A stretch of DNA of 64,000 nucleotides from an uncultured Spirochaetota bacterium (GTDB taxonomy: Bacteria; Spirochaetota; Brevinematia; Brevinematales; JAOACQ01): NCBI GenBank assembly GCA_963768055.1, contig CAVYGN010000002.1:288001-352000 (forward strand), in the 5' to 3' direction. Numbering within the stretch: position 1 is the first letter of the stretch; every line of letters starts with the position of its first letter. A program made the position numbers and the translations under genes. Shown in pieces: positions 52,082 to 62,107 of this stretch. A model generated the notes under the pieces. It was not told the origin of the DNA and did no database searches. It was given only the letters and a program-made list of their open reading frames with translations.

Positions 52082-52849
52082 TTATAAAATTGGTATCAAT
52101 CTTAGCTTTTTTGATCCAAAAAGTTTCACCCGGAATACCCTGCAGGTTTCCGCCGGATTGGGCGACAGTTTTGAACCAGAAACCAGGCAGGTTAAAGCAT
52201 AAACGAATAACAGATAAGAGATGTTTTTGGTGGCTAAAAAAACAATAATATTAATAAATAACCCCCATATTATCCCTGAAGAAAATCGTACTATTCCTTC
52301 ACAAAAAATAATCTCTTCATGAAGCCATTCGGATTTTTCACATACATGCGTTTTACATATATTAATAAATTCATTGTGTTCCATCCTCTCTGGATTTCCG
52401 CTAAATTGTTTATTCATAATTTTGTTATAAAATTCTGTAAATAATTTTGGATGAATTGAATTTTCTTTAAGAAACCATTTAACGTATGGAAACTTCTCTA
52501 TATGTAATTTTATACTATCATTTTTACCAAAACCAAATATTTTTTTAAATTTATTAATAAGACAATATGAATAGCCTGAAAATTTATCAATGATATTTGG
52601 GTTTATTGACCGTAATGAAAATCCAATAATATATGAAAGAATAATAAAAAGAAAATAATAGGAAATATTATAATTTGATTTATCAATAAAACTACCTAAA
52701 CCAAAAATATCAAAAATTTTGTTCCAATAAGATAAAAATTAAATAATAAAAATGCTCCAGGTATTAAAATTCCAAAAAAATCACCTCTTCCAAACTTAAA
52801 AACTTCAGCATATCTACTTATACCCCTTTCTACTTCTTTTAAATATCAT
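52082..52849 (-). pseudogene. Frameshifted hypothetical membrane protein
   Basis: DFFGILIPGAF frame joins SYIIGFSL...MNKQF frame by one T near 52735; start unclear. Confidence 0.45.
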
Positions 52850-53018
52850 AATTTCAATTCCTCTATTTTATATATTTTATCAAAAAATTCTTTTCTAATT
52901 TCGCCACTATTTAAATCATTTTTTATTCGTTTAATATAATCATTAAAATTAGGATTAATCTTTGCCATCTTCCCCGTGTGTTAGGATAGTTGTCGCCTAA
53001 AATATTAGGAGACAAAAA

Positions 53019-53501
53019 ATGAATAGTCAAATTCGTTCAGAGGAATTCAGGAAATCTATCGTTCAAAAGATGTGTATGCCAGGAGGAAAAACAGTATCTG
53101 AACTGAGCCAGGAAATAGGAGTATGTGAACAAACCCTTTACAACTGGAGGAAAATGATCCAGAATAATGTATCCAGAGGATTCCAGGATAGAAGCCCGAG
53201 AGGCTGGAAATTATCTGATAAATATCAGGCGGTAGTAGACGCAGCAAGCCAATCGGGAGAAGAGTTAGGACAGTGGTTGAGAAAAAATGGTCTCCAGTCG
53301 ACTCATATCGAACTCTGGAAACAGGAGTGTTTATCAGTGATATCTAATAACTCATACAGAGAAGAAAACAAGGGTTTGAAAGCAAAAATCATAGAGTTAG
53401 AAAAAGAAATTAACCGTAAGGATAAAACTATAGCCGAGGTTACTTCTCTGCTGGTGCTTAAAAAAAAACTGAACAAGCTGTTCGGGATCGAGGAAGATTA
53501 A
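53019..53501 (+). CDS. IS3-family OrfA
   Basis: Identical protein to 44381-44863; A9 at 53460-53468, OrfB in -1 frame. Confidence 0.92.
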   Translation: MNSQIRSEEFRKSIVQKMCMPGGKTVSELSQEIGVCEQTLYNWRKMIQNNVSRGFQDRSPRGWKLSDKYQAVVDAASQSGEELGQWLRKNGLQSTHIELWKQECLSVISNNSYREENKGLKAKIIELEKEINRKDKTIAEVTSLLVLKKKLNKLFGIEED

Positions 53502-53506
53502 CTCCA

Positions 53507-54535
53507 TTGGATATACGCATAGATATCTGTGCCTTGATTAATGAGGCTGTTACGACAGGGGCCAGCAGGGATAAGGCTTGTGAAGAATCTGGCTATGATA
53601 TAAGGACCATACAGCGCTGGAATAAAAATCTTGAGGGAGACAGAAGAAAATTGAGAAATGTAATGCCTTCAAATGCCCTGTCGGCCGAAGAAAGGGAGGA
53701 GATCATCTCCTGCTGTTGCAGCGAGAGATTTAGAGATATGACGCCGAATGAAATAGTGCCCATGCTGGCAGAGGAAGGTCGGTATATAGCATCAGAATCA
53801 TCTTTTTACCGCGTTTTAAAGGACAATGATTTGCTGCACCATAGATACGAAACGAAGCCGAAAACGGCAAGGAAAACGCCAAGAGAACTGGAAGCGACGG
53901 GTCCTAATCAGGTATGGAGTTGGGATATTACATATATATCCAGTCATATAAAAGGTAAGTATTTCTACCTCTATATGATCGAAGATGTCTGGAGCCGTAA
54001 GATAGTCGGCTGGAAAATGCACGAGGAGGAAAGCTCTGATCATGCCGCAAGAATGGTGGCAGAGATCGGAGAAACCATTGATTTGAAAGGCTTGTATTTA
54101 CATTCTGATAATGGTTCTCCTATGAAAGGGGCTACGATGTTAGCGACCTTGCAGAGGTTACAGGTTATGCCGTCGTTTTCAAGGCCGAGTGTAAGTAACG
54201 ATAACCCTTACTCAGAATCATTGTTTAAAACATTGAAATATAATGTGAAATACCCAGGCAATTTCGAGACAATGGAATCGGTAGAAATATGGATGCAAAA
54301 TTTTGTAGACTGGTATAATAATAAACATCTTCATTCAGGGATCGGATATGTCACACCAGCACAGAGACATGAAGGTAAAGATAAGGCGATACTCCTGAAG
54401 AGAGCGGAAACTTATGCGGCTGCAAAAAGCAGACATCCTGAAAGATGGTCAGGAGAATCTAAAAAATGGGAACGGATAGAATCGGTATTTTTAAACCCGA
54501 GTAAGACTAACAAGGAATCGTTGGTTGCGGCGTAA
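53507..54535 (+). CDS. IS3-family transposase OrfB
   Basis: Identical protein to 43347-44375. Confidence 0.95.
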   Translation: MDIRIDICALINEAVTTGASRDKACEESGYDIRTIQRWNKNLEGDRRKLRNVMPSNALSAEEREEIISCCCSERFRDMTPNEIVPMLAEEGRYIASESSFYRVLKDNDLLHHRYETKPKTARKTPRELEATGPNQVWSWDITYISSHIKGKYFYLYMIEDVWSRKIVGWKMHEEESSDHAARMVAEIGETIDLKGLYLHSDNGSPMKGATMLATLQRLQVMPSFSRPSVSNDNPYSESLFKTLKYNVKYPGNFETMESVEIWMQNFVDWYNNKHLHSGIGYVTPAQRHEGKDKAILLKRAETYAAAKSRHPERWSGESKKWERIESVFLNPSKTNKESLVAA

Positions 54536-55611
54536 AATAAAAGCGACAACTCCCTTGACAAAAACCGTCTTGTTAATAGTTTCAAGGTCAATAACTTCTT
54601 TGAATTTCGCTTGAAATATTGTTTTAGTAGAATTTGGATCTTCCAAATCAAGTTTTATTATACCTATTCCAAATGATGATGAGAGTCTTTCAAGTTCATT
54701 TGTAAAATTTTCATCATCAAGTATATCAGCAGCAACCAGATAACCTTCATTTGCCCATGAAGAATTAGATACTGCTTGAAAAAATGATTCCCTAAGATTA
54801 TTAAAATTCAAAGATATTTTTAATTCATACGAATATAACTTTATGGGCGAAATATTTAATTCTTTAGTTAAATTTATTACTTCTGGTAACCAATTGGGGT
54901 AATAAACGCCAACAATATCAGGATGTGCCCATTGACCAAATGTTTTTTTAGTTGATTCTTCGTGATAAATTGTTTTTGTATAAATATCTTGAAAGGCATA
55001 AACATAATAAGAGAGAAATTTATGTAAATCTTTTTCTTTAAGTTTTTTAATTTCATCTGATTCTTCTATTTTTATTTCTTTTGATTTTATTTGGTTAGAT
55101 AAAGATTTTAGATAAAATTTTGTTGGCCGTTCTTCTGCCTTGTAAAATTTAGAATTCTTATTATCTTTCAGGTCTAAATATAACAAAGCTGCCATTGTCT
55201 GCCATGGAGTTTTTCCTGATGAATTTAATTGTTTATCATAATTCATTTCTTTACCAATTTTCCAAATTTCCATTTTTGTTAATGGCCTTTTTGTGTCATT
55301 AAGAACTTTCTCGGCAAAATCAAGAAAATTCATATTACCTTCTATTTAACATTATTTATCCCAAGTATAGTTAAAATGCCATACATATAAAGAATTTTTG
55401 TCTTATAAAATGTTCTATCTAAAATTAATAATCGTACTTCTTCATTATTGTACAACTCTAATTAATGTAATTATACCCCCGCTTTTAAATTCTCTCAATA
55501 GATTGCCAATAATTCTGTGGAATTGATATGTTTGATAGGAAAAAAATTATATAAATTAATCTACCCCTCGCGCAATCTGTACCCATCTGTGAAATCAGTG
55601 TTTCCGTCCCC

Positions 55612-58386
55612 CTAAAACGGTAGATTCACCCCGCCCGAGATATAGAACTCGTTCGTCGTTATATTGTACGCCGCTTCGGCGTAGTAGTCGAACTGCAGGG
55701 CGTTTAATATTCCGACGGGCAGGGCCAGTTTGAGGTCGAGGCGGGTGTATACGGACTGCAGGTAGTTTTGGGCGAGATACGCCCTGTATCCGGCGGTCAT
55801 ATAAAGACGGTTGAAGTACAGGGGGAACCATCCGTTCTGGAGCTCGGCGTTGAATATGAGTTTTGAAAATTCCCCCTCGAAATAATAAACCGAGGTGAAA
55901 GTCTCGGACGAAAATTCCATGTAGGCCGGATAATGGTCCCCGCCGAAATACGGGTCGGAAGCCGATGCGGAAAGCGCCGCTTCCGGGCAGTATGCGCCGT
56001 AAAGGTTGATGACGGAATATATGAAAGGCAGGGCGAAATTTAGCGCCCCCTCTGCTTTATAAAGGCTGTAGGCGAGCGAGTAATCTATGTAGCCTGTAAA
56101 GCTCATTCCCCGCTGTCCGTAGAGCAGGTCGGTGTAAAGGAGGGTGGAAAAGCCCGCGTACCCGGATAGAATGACAGAGGAATAATTATATGGCCAGTCG
56201 TAGGGCGTAACGCCGGTCCCCGGATCGTCGGCCTCCGCGTATAACCTGGCGCCGGCGCCGAAATAGAGATTGTTGTTGACCGGAAGCAGGGCGATCGAAT
56301 AATCCAGGTTTACGGAAGCGCTGGTTTGCCTGTCGTATGAATAATTCTGCCAGTTGAATGCCATATCGTCCGCCGCGGTCAGGTAAAACCCCGCCGGGAA
56401 AGCGCTCATATTGCTCCATTCGCCCGAGAGGTTGGCGAATTTCTCTATGTAGTTGTATCCTATTTCGAATAATGCTATGTTTTCATCTATAGGGTCCGAG
56501 ACTTCGGATATTACGCCTATGCTGTCGACGGTGAAATACTTCCCTCCCGGGGAGGATACAGACGTCGGAAGGACCAGCCAGCACTGGAATGGGGAAAGGT
56601 AATTGAACGGTGAGTAATTTTCCTGTTTAAAACCGTTATTGCTCAGGAGGACATTTGAATCGGTTCCTGTATCGGCACCGGACTGCGTCCAGGCCCGGAA
56701 TTTTTCCATGCTTGCCGTAATGTTCGTCCCCCTTATATCGGTGATCTTATCGGGATATTTCATGAGCTTGTCGCCCTTCGAAAATTTCCCGGTATAATAG
56801 ACCGCATCGCCGTCCGAAACCGGGTAGAAAACGCCGCCCCCAAAGTTGTTGGTCTGGAGCGTCAGCTTATTCCCTTCGAGCACTCCCAGCCTGTAGAATT
56901 CATGGGCGGTGTTGTAGCAGAATAAAAGGCGTCCTCCCTCCGAGGACAGTCCGCGGATATAATCCGCGCCTCCGGCCCCTTCCGGCAGTTTCATCGTAAA
57001 AAGTTCGCCTGTCTTTTTATTATAGACCATTAATTTCCTGGGGCCGTTATCTGTCATAATGAAGGCGATCCTCGCGTCGTCCATCGCGACGGGCGCGGAA
57101 AGGACGGATGTATCGTTCCCGTCAAAAAGCGTTTCTTCCCTGTCGCCCTCAAGGTATACGAGGGAATTTCTATGGGTGTCGGCTTTCAATGCTATTATCC
57201 CCTTCCCGAAAAAGCGGGCGCCATAGATCCCGTCGATGTATTTATCGAGGAACTTCTTCTGAGTCAGGTCGTAAAATAAGACCCTTCTGCCGTAAAAACT
57301 TTCCTGATATGTATATAAACTTACAAGCATATACCGGCCGTCGGGGGAAATATCAAGACAATCGACCCCGTCGGAGTTGTCGATCACCGTCTCGTAATTT
57401 TTCCCGGCGGCGGAGTAGGCCATTACACTGTATTTGAACGAATCTATAAAATAAATTTTACCCTGCGAATACACGGGCGAACTTATCGAATAATAATCTC
57501 TGGACAGACAGTCCGGATTATCGGAGACGTTCGTTATTGTAAGCGAATTTTTAAAGTCGGCCCATAATTTTTTCAGCGGGAGGCCGAACGCCGCTTCGAA
57601 AAAGTAGCTGTAAAACCAGTAGTCGTATTCCGACTGGGTTATATTAGTCCCCATGTTCCCGAGGTTGGCCATGGAGTGCCAGTACTGTTTATACTTTTCC
57701 ATCCCGAACCTGTCCTCAAGGTACTTGTTGAAAAGTCCTCCGTAATAGTAGTAGGAATAGGAATTCGGGTAGATGTCGCGGCTCCCGGACGCCTGGAGGG
57801 TGGACAGGAATTCGTTTTCATATATGTCTTCCCTCAGTAATTCCTGGACTATGGGGTCGTTGGCCCTGCCGGAACCGGAGAGGCTTTCGAAACTGACCGC
57901 CGAACCCTCAACCATGTATTCGGGTTCGAACGCCAGGGCGAACGCGAAAGGGGCGCCGAAAATGCCGTAAAAAAATTCGCAGAAGGGGCTCTTCAAATCC
58001 ATCGTCACGGCATGGGTCAATTCATGCATGAAAACATATTTCAGGGTGTCGGATAGGAAAGCTTCCTCCCCGTCGGGCGGGGAATCGTAAAGGACGATGT
58101 GGATGTAGGGCAGCGGGGACGTGTAGCCGTTAAAATATCCGATGTCCGGTGTGATGACTACCGGTATCCTCCTGCTGTTGGTGTAGCTTAAAAGGGTAGT
58201 GACCTTGTCGAAGATCCCGTCCGCCATGCCGGCCAGCCGCATTGCGGACTTCACGGAGCCCTTCGAATAGATTATATCGAAATGTTTTGTTTTTATAGTG
58301 TAAAGGGTCTGCCCGGATTTAAAGGTAGCGCCATGGACGCCGCTGAAAAATACAGTTGCACTCAGTATTATTAACAGCGCTCTCAT
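55612..58386 (-). CDS. Large secreted/outer-membrane protein: HExxH peptidase-like domain, beta-propeller, beta-rich C-terminus
   Basis: Signal peptide, HELTH..EGSAV, DISPDG, terminal VNLPF. Confidence 0.75.
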   Translation of the reverse strand: MRALLIILSATVFFSGVHGATFKSGQTLYTIKTKHFDIIYSKGSVKSAMRLAGMADGIFDKVTTLLSYTNSRRIPVVITPDIGYFNGYTSPLPYIHIVLYDSPPDGEEAFLSDTLKYVFMHELTHAVTMDLKSPFCEFFYGIFGAPFAFALAFEPEYMVEGSAVSFESLSGSGRANDPIVQELLREDIYENEFLSTLQASGSRDIYPNSYSYYYYGGLFNKYLEDRFGMEKYKQYWHSMANLGNMGTNITQSEYDYWFYSYFFEAAFGLPLKKLWADFKNSLTITNVSDNPDCLSRDYYSISSPVYSQGKIYFIDSFKYSVMAYSAAGKNYETVIDNSDGVDCLDISPDGRYMLVSLYTYQESFYGRRVLFYDLTQKKFLDKYIDGIYGARFFGKGIIALKADTHRNSLVYLEGDREETLFDGNDTSVLSAPVAMDDARIAFIMTDNGPRKLMVYNKKTGELFTMKLPEGAGGADYIRGLSSEGGRLLFCYNTAHEFYRLGVLEGNKLTLQTNNFGGGVFYPVSDGDAVYYTGKFSKGDKLMKYPDKITDIRGTNITASMEKFRAWTQSGADTGTDSNVLLSNNGFKQENYSPFNYLSPFQCWLVLPTSVSSPGGKYFTVDSIGVISEVSDPIDENIALFEIGYNYIEKFANLSGEWSNMSAFPAGFYLTAADDMAFNWQNYSYDRQTSASVNLDYSIALLPVNNNLYFGAGARLYAEADDPGTGVTPYDWPYNYSSVILSGYAGFSTLLYTDLLYGQRGMSFTGYIDYSLAYSLYKAEGALNFALPFIYSVINLYGAYCPEAALSASASDPYFGGDHYPAYMEFSSETFTSVYYFEGEFSKLIFNAELQNGWFPLYFNRLYMTAGYRAYLAQNYLQSVYTRLDLKLALPVGILNALQFDYYAEAAYNITTNEFYISGGVNLPF

Positions 58387-58389
58387 AAA

Positions 58390-59310
58390 TCACCCGTTTC
58401 TTAATTTTTCCAGCAGGTCCTGCATCTCGCCCGGGAGGTCGATCTCGAAATTCATCTCCCTTCCGTCGCCGGGGTGCCTGAATTTGAGCTTTTTCGCGCA
58501 GAGGGCGAGGCCTGTCAGGCCGTACCTGCCCGGGGACGAGGAATAAAGCCTGTCTCCCGCCACGGGATGCCCAATGTGGGCCAGATGCACCCTGATCTGA
58601 TGGGTCCTTCCCGTAAGGAGATTTACCTCTAAATAACTATGGCCTTTAAGGTTTTCAAGTAACGTGTACTCGGTAATTGAAGGTTTCCCGCTAGACGTTA
58701 CCCCCATAATCTTCCTGTTCTTTTTCGACCTTCCTATAGGGGTTTCGATCCTGCCGCCGGACATAAGCTCCCCCTTCACTATCGCATGGTAGATCTTGGT
58801 GATATTTCTCATTTTAAAGTCATCTGTCAGGCGCCGGTGAGCCTTTTCATTCAATGCGACTATCATGAGACCCGCCGTGTCTTTATCGAGGCGGTGGACG
58901 ATCCCCGGACGTTCTGGAACGCCTCCGTCGGGCAGGCTGCTGCCCAGATAATAGAGCAGTCCGTTTACAAGCGTTCCGTCCTCATGGCCCCTTGCGGGAT
59001 GTACGGTCAGTCCGAACGGCTTGTTTATCACGGCGATATCATCGTCCCTGTAAACGATATCGAAATCCACTTTTTGAGGCAGGGCCTTTATTTCTATCGG
59101 AGGGGTCAGGACGAATTCAACCAGGTCCCCCTCCCTGACCCTGCAGGCGAGCTTCTCGATTTTCCCGTTTACAAGGACGGGTACGTCCCTGGATTTCAGG
59201 GAACTCCTGCTGAAATCTATCGACTCCGATAAACAGTATTCGGTTATCGCCACGTCGAGCCTTTTGCCCTGCTGTTCTCCCTTTATTCTAAACGAGTAGC
59301 TGCCGCCCAT
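58390..59310 (-). CDS. rluD: RluA-family pseudouridine synthase with S4 domain
   Basis: RLD, NKP.GL.VHP, HRLDKDT, TGRTHQIRVH. Confidence 0.9.
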   Translation of the reverse strand: MGGSYSFRIKGEQQGKRLDVAITEYCLSESIDFSRSSLKSRDVPVLVNGKIEKLACRVREGDLVEFVLTPPIEIKALPQKVDFDIVYRDDDIAVINKPFGLTVHPARGHEDGTLVNGLLYYLGSSLPDGGVPERPGIVHRLDKDTAGLMIVALNEKAHRRLTDDFKMRNITKIYHAIVKGELMSGGRIETPIGRSKKNRKIMGVTSSGKPSITEYTLLENLKGHSYLEVNLLTGRTHQIRVHLAHIGHPVAGDRLYSSSPGRYGLTGLALCAKKLKFRHPGDGREMNFEIDLPGEMQDLLEKLRNG

Positions 59311-60600
59311 TTATTCCAGGTCGAAGGCTGCGACGGAATAGGGAGGCAGGCTTAAGGAAATCTTTTTCCCGGTTATAGCAATAGACTTAGGATCCATGTC
59401 TTTGCCGTTGGAATCTTTAGACAATAGGTATCCCTTGACTGATTTGACTCCGCCTGAAATCCCTTCGGGGGATATCTCGAGCTGTTTAACCGCGGACGGA
59501 TTATCGTTGATCAGTATCAAATGTTTGCCGCCGTCGGCGTCGATGCCCGCGAAGGCCTTAACCTCGGGATCGGCTGATGCAGCGTAAGCCATGCGGCTGC
59601 CGAAATGGCTCGCGTAAAACGGGAATACATAATAAACGGGCCTGGGAACGTACGAATCGGCCTCGAAAATGGCATGTGCGCCGTAAGCCCCGAGGCAGTA
59701 ATAGAGGGAATAATCTATCCCGTATAAAGCCATATACCCCAGGACCTCCGCGGTCCAGACGGCCCCGGACATCTCGGTAAGCTGGGCGGGATTCTGGGTG
59801 TTCCAGTGTATGGCGTATTCCGAAAGGGCCAGCTTGATGTCCCTTTTATAGCCCTTGGGGTTCATTTCAGGGTCTTTCAGCCATGCCCTGTACCTTGTTA
59901 TCTGATTGGTAATATCGTAAGTGGTGGATACGGCTATGTCGTCGGAGGCGCTTCCGTCGGTCGGATACCAGTGCCATGACAGGACATCGACAATGTCGCC
60001 GTTTTCTTTTATAAAACTCGTGATCCAGTCGTCTTTCGGCTTGCTGACAAGCGGGCCCGCGAACTTAAGGGAGGGGTCGGCTTTTTTCATAGCGGTTACA
60101 TATTCGCGGTATATTTTATTATATTTATCGGGGGTCCAGGGCGTCGAGGTTTTATCATAAAGATCGGGCTCGTTGCCTATGCTCCATACGTCCACCCTTA
60201 CCTTGTTCGATAAAGCCGTATAGACCGTCTGGACGGCTTTCTCGGCCGAACTGTTATACACTCTGATCTGCGAGAATGTAAACGGCGCTTGAAGCATGCT
60301 CTGCTGAAGATGGAAAAAGCTGTAACTCGCGCTGTCGAACGGGTTTTCATTCTGCTGGTCCCCGATATTGCCGGCCGGGTATGTTATAACGGGGATATTC
60401 ATAAGCCTTATCTTTTTTATAATCTTGGCGATCATCATAGAGTTATTTACGTTCATCCCCCGGATCGATTCGGGTTTGACGTCCGCGATAATTTTCGAAT
60501 AATCGACGCTTATAGCGGAATTACCGGCCCCGTAAGCGGCCGCACTGATCAACAGCAAAATGAGAGCTGAAACCGGAATTAAAGACTTTTTTAACATCAT
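59311..60600 (-). CDS. Secreted clan GH-A-like glycoside hydrolase
   Basis: WSIGNEPD acid/base, SWHWY, LSEY. Confidence 0.75.
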   Translation of the reverse strand: MMLKKSLIPVSALILLLISAAAYGAGNSAISVDYSKIIADVKPESIRGMNVNNSMMIAKIIKKIRLMNIPVITYPAGNIGDQQNENPFDSASYSFFHLQQSMLQAPFTFSQIRVYNSSAEKAVQTVYTALSNKVRVDVWSIGNEPDLYDKTSTPWTPDKYNKIYREYVTAMKKADPSLKFAGPLVSKPKDDWITSFIKENGDIVDVLSWHWYPTDGSASDDIAVSTTYDITNQITRYRAWLKDPEMNPKGYKRDIKLALSEYAIHWNTQNPAQLTEMSGAVWTAEVLGYMALYGIDYSLYYCLGAYGAHAIFEADSYVPRPVYYVFPFYASHFGSRMAYAASADPEVKAFAGIDADGGKHLILINDNPSAVKQLEISPEGISGGVKSVKGYLLSKDSNGKDMDPKSIAITGKKISLSLPPYSVAAFDLE

Positions 60601-60751
60601 TTGAAACCTCCTAAAATCGAACCCCTAGTTACACTGATTAAGCCCTTTAAGGGAACACGGATTTAATCTGAGAAATCTATATAAAATTATAGCGGCCGTC
60701 CCCATCCATGGATCCTTACAGGACTTAATCTGTGGTCCCGGCCTCTATTGT

Positions 60752-61756
60752 CTATAATTGTTCTTTTATCTTCGCTACTATAGCGGTTTTGAATTCTTCA
60801 AAACTCAATTTATCGGTCCTGCAGCCCGCAGCCCTCATATGGCCTCCGCCGTTAAAGGAGGAAGCGACCCTGGCTACGTCTACGCCGTGTTTGCTTCGAA
60901 GGCTTGCGTTAAATCGGCCCGGCGATTTTTCCTTTATAAGAATATAAACTGAAACGCTCTCGAGCATGCCCAGGTATTCGACTATGCCTTCGGTGTCGTC
61001 CTCTTCTCCGGGAATAAAATCGCCGTAGAAAAGGTGGGAAACCGCGATACGGGAATTCTCAAGGAGTTCAAGATTGTCGAGCGTCCCCGTTAAAAGTTTC
61101 ATATAGGCTTCCGATTTGTTCTGATAAAGCGATATATTGAAATCGGCGGGGACTACTCCATGCCTCATCAGGTCGGCGGCGATAATGTGGACTGCCGGTT
61201 GCATGCAGTCGTAATTAAAAGAGCCCGTGTCTGTCGCTATCGATACGTAAAGATCGGCGGCAATCGACGTTGTGATCGCGATGCCGTTAAGAATAAAAAA
61301 ATAATATAACAATTCCCCGACACTGCAGGCTTTTTCAAAAACAATATTCAGGTTTCCGAAGTTCGTGTTGCTTTTATGGTGATCGATATTGACTACTTTA
61401 TGCCCCGGCCTCATAATATTTCTTACATCGCCTATCCTGTCGATATCTCCCGAATCTACTGCTATGAAGAGGTCGAATTCGCCGGGATCGACCGGATTTT
61501 TATTGATATTTACGATCGACTGGGAATTTGGGAGGAACCTGAAACCCTTCGGGACGTCCTCGCTCCATGCTATTAAGTACCTTTTCCCTATCGATTTCAG
61601 GTATTCGCCGATAGCGAGCTGGCTGGCTATGTCGTCGCCGTCGGGATTTACATGGCCCGCGATGATGACCGCGCGGGACCTCTTTATGGTTTTATAAAGA
61701 GCCTTTAATTTTTTCTTTAGCAAATAACGGTCAGGGATTATCGGTTTGTACTTCAT
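60752..61756 (-). CDS. nrnA: DHH/DHHA1 phosphoesterase NrnA
   Basis: HVNPDGD, IDHH, TDTG, SLRS, GGGH; follows rbfA. Confidence 0.9.
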   Translation of the reverse strand: MKYKPIIPDRYLLKKKLKALYKTIKRSRAVIIAGHVNPDGDDIASQLAIGEYLKSIGKRYLIAWSEDVPKGFRFLPNSQSIVNINKNPVDPGEFDLFIAVDSGDIDRIGDVRNIMRPGHKVVNIDHHKSNTNFGNLNIVFEKACSVGELLYYFFILNGIAITTSIAADLYVSIATDTGSFNYDCMQPAVHIIAADLMRHGVVPADFNISLYQNKSEAYMKLLTGTLDNLELLENSRIAVSHLFYGDFIPGEEDDTEGIVEYLGMLESVSVYILIKEKSPGRFNASLRSKHGVDVARVASSFNGGGHMRAAGCRTDKLSFEEFKTAIVAKIKEQL

Positions 61757-62105
61757 TATCGAGTAATTCCTTTAATTTTACGTTCATTGCCACTCCCAAT
61801 TCTATCGAATGCGTCCTTTCAAAGGTCAGATGCGGCGCATGGGGAAGCCGCATCGCTTTACTCACTACCGAAGAAATGAAACCCGCGGCGCTGTTAAGGG
61901 CCTCGAGGGTTTTAAGATTGTTAAGCTCGTTACTGGAATAGATGCTCACCAGGATTGTAGCGTTTTTCATGTCGCTCGACATGTCCGCCTCGACGACGGA
62001 TACCAGCGAAATGATCCTGGGGTCTTTGACCTCCCGCATGATGACCTCGCTGATCTCCTTCATCAGCGTTTTATTTATCCTTTGTATTCTCCTGCTCGTC
62101 GCCAT
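61731..62105 (-). CDS. rbfA: Ribosome-binding factor A
   Basis: VKDPRI, P.LTF; downstream of infB. Confidence 0.93.
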   Translation of the reverse strand: MATSRRIQRINKTLMKEISEVIMREVKDPRIISLVSVVEADMSSDMKNATILVSIYSSNELNNLKTLEALNSAAGFISSVVSKAMRLPHAPHLTFERTHSIELGVAMNVKLKELLDNEVQTDNP

Positions 62106-62107
62106 TG

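Larger units (their letters stand above)
52972..54567 (+). mobile_element. IS3-family IS copy 2 (1596 bp), 4-bp TSD TCTT
   Basis: TCTT at 52968-52971 and 54568-54571. Confidence 0.95.
52846..55333 (-). pseudogene. HTH + COG2958/HrgA-like nuclease gene interrupted by IS3
   Basis: GKTPWQT, EKDLH, WAHPDIVG, FFQAVSNSSWANEGYL; rejoins as ETINK|MAKINPNF..*. Confidence 0.85.

Noticed and set aside
43315..54567. Composite transposon formed by the two inverted IS3 copies
   Set aside because: Each copy has its own TSD and both interrupted genes rejoin in frame, so these are independent insertions
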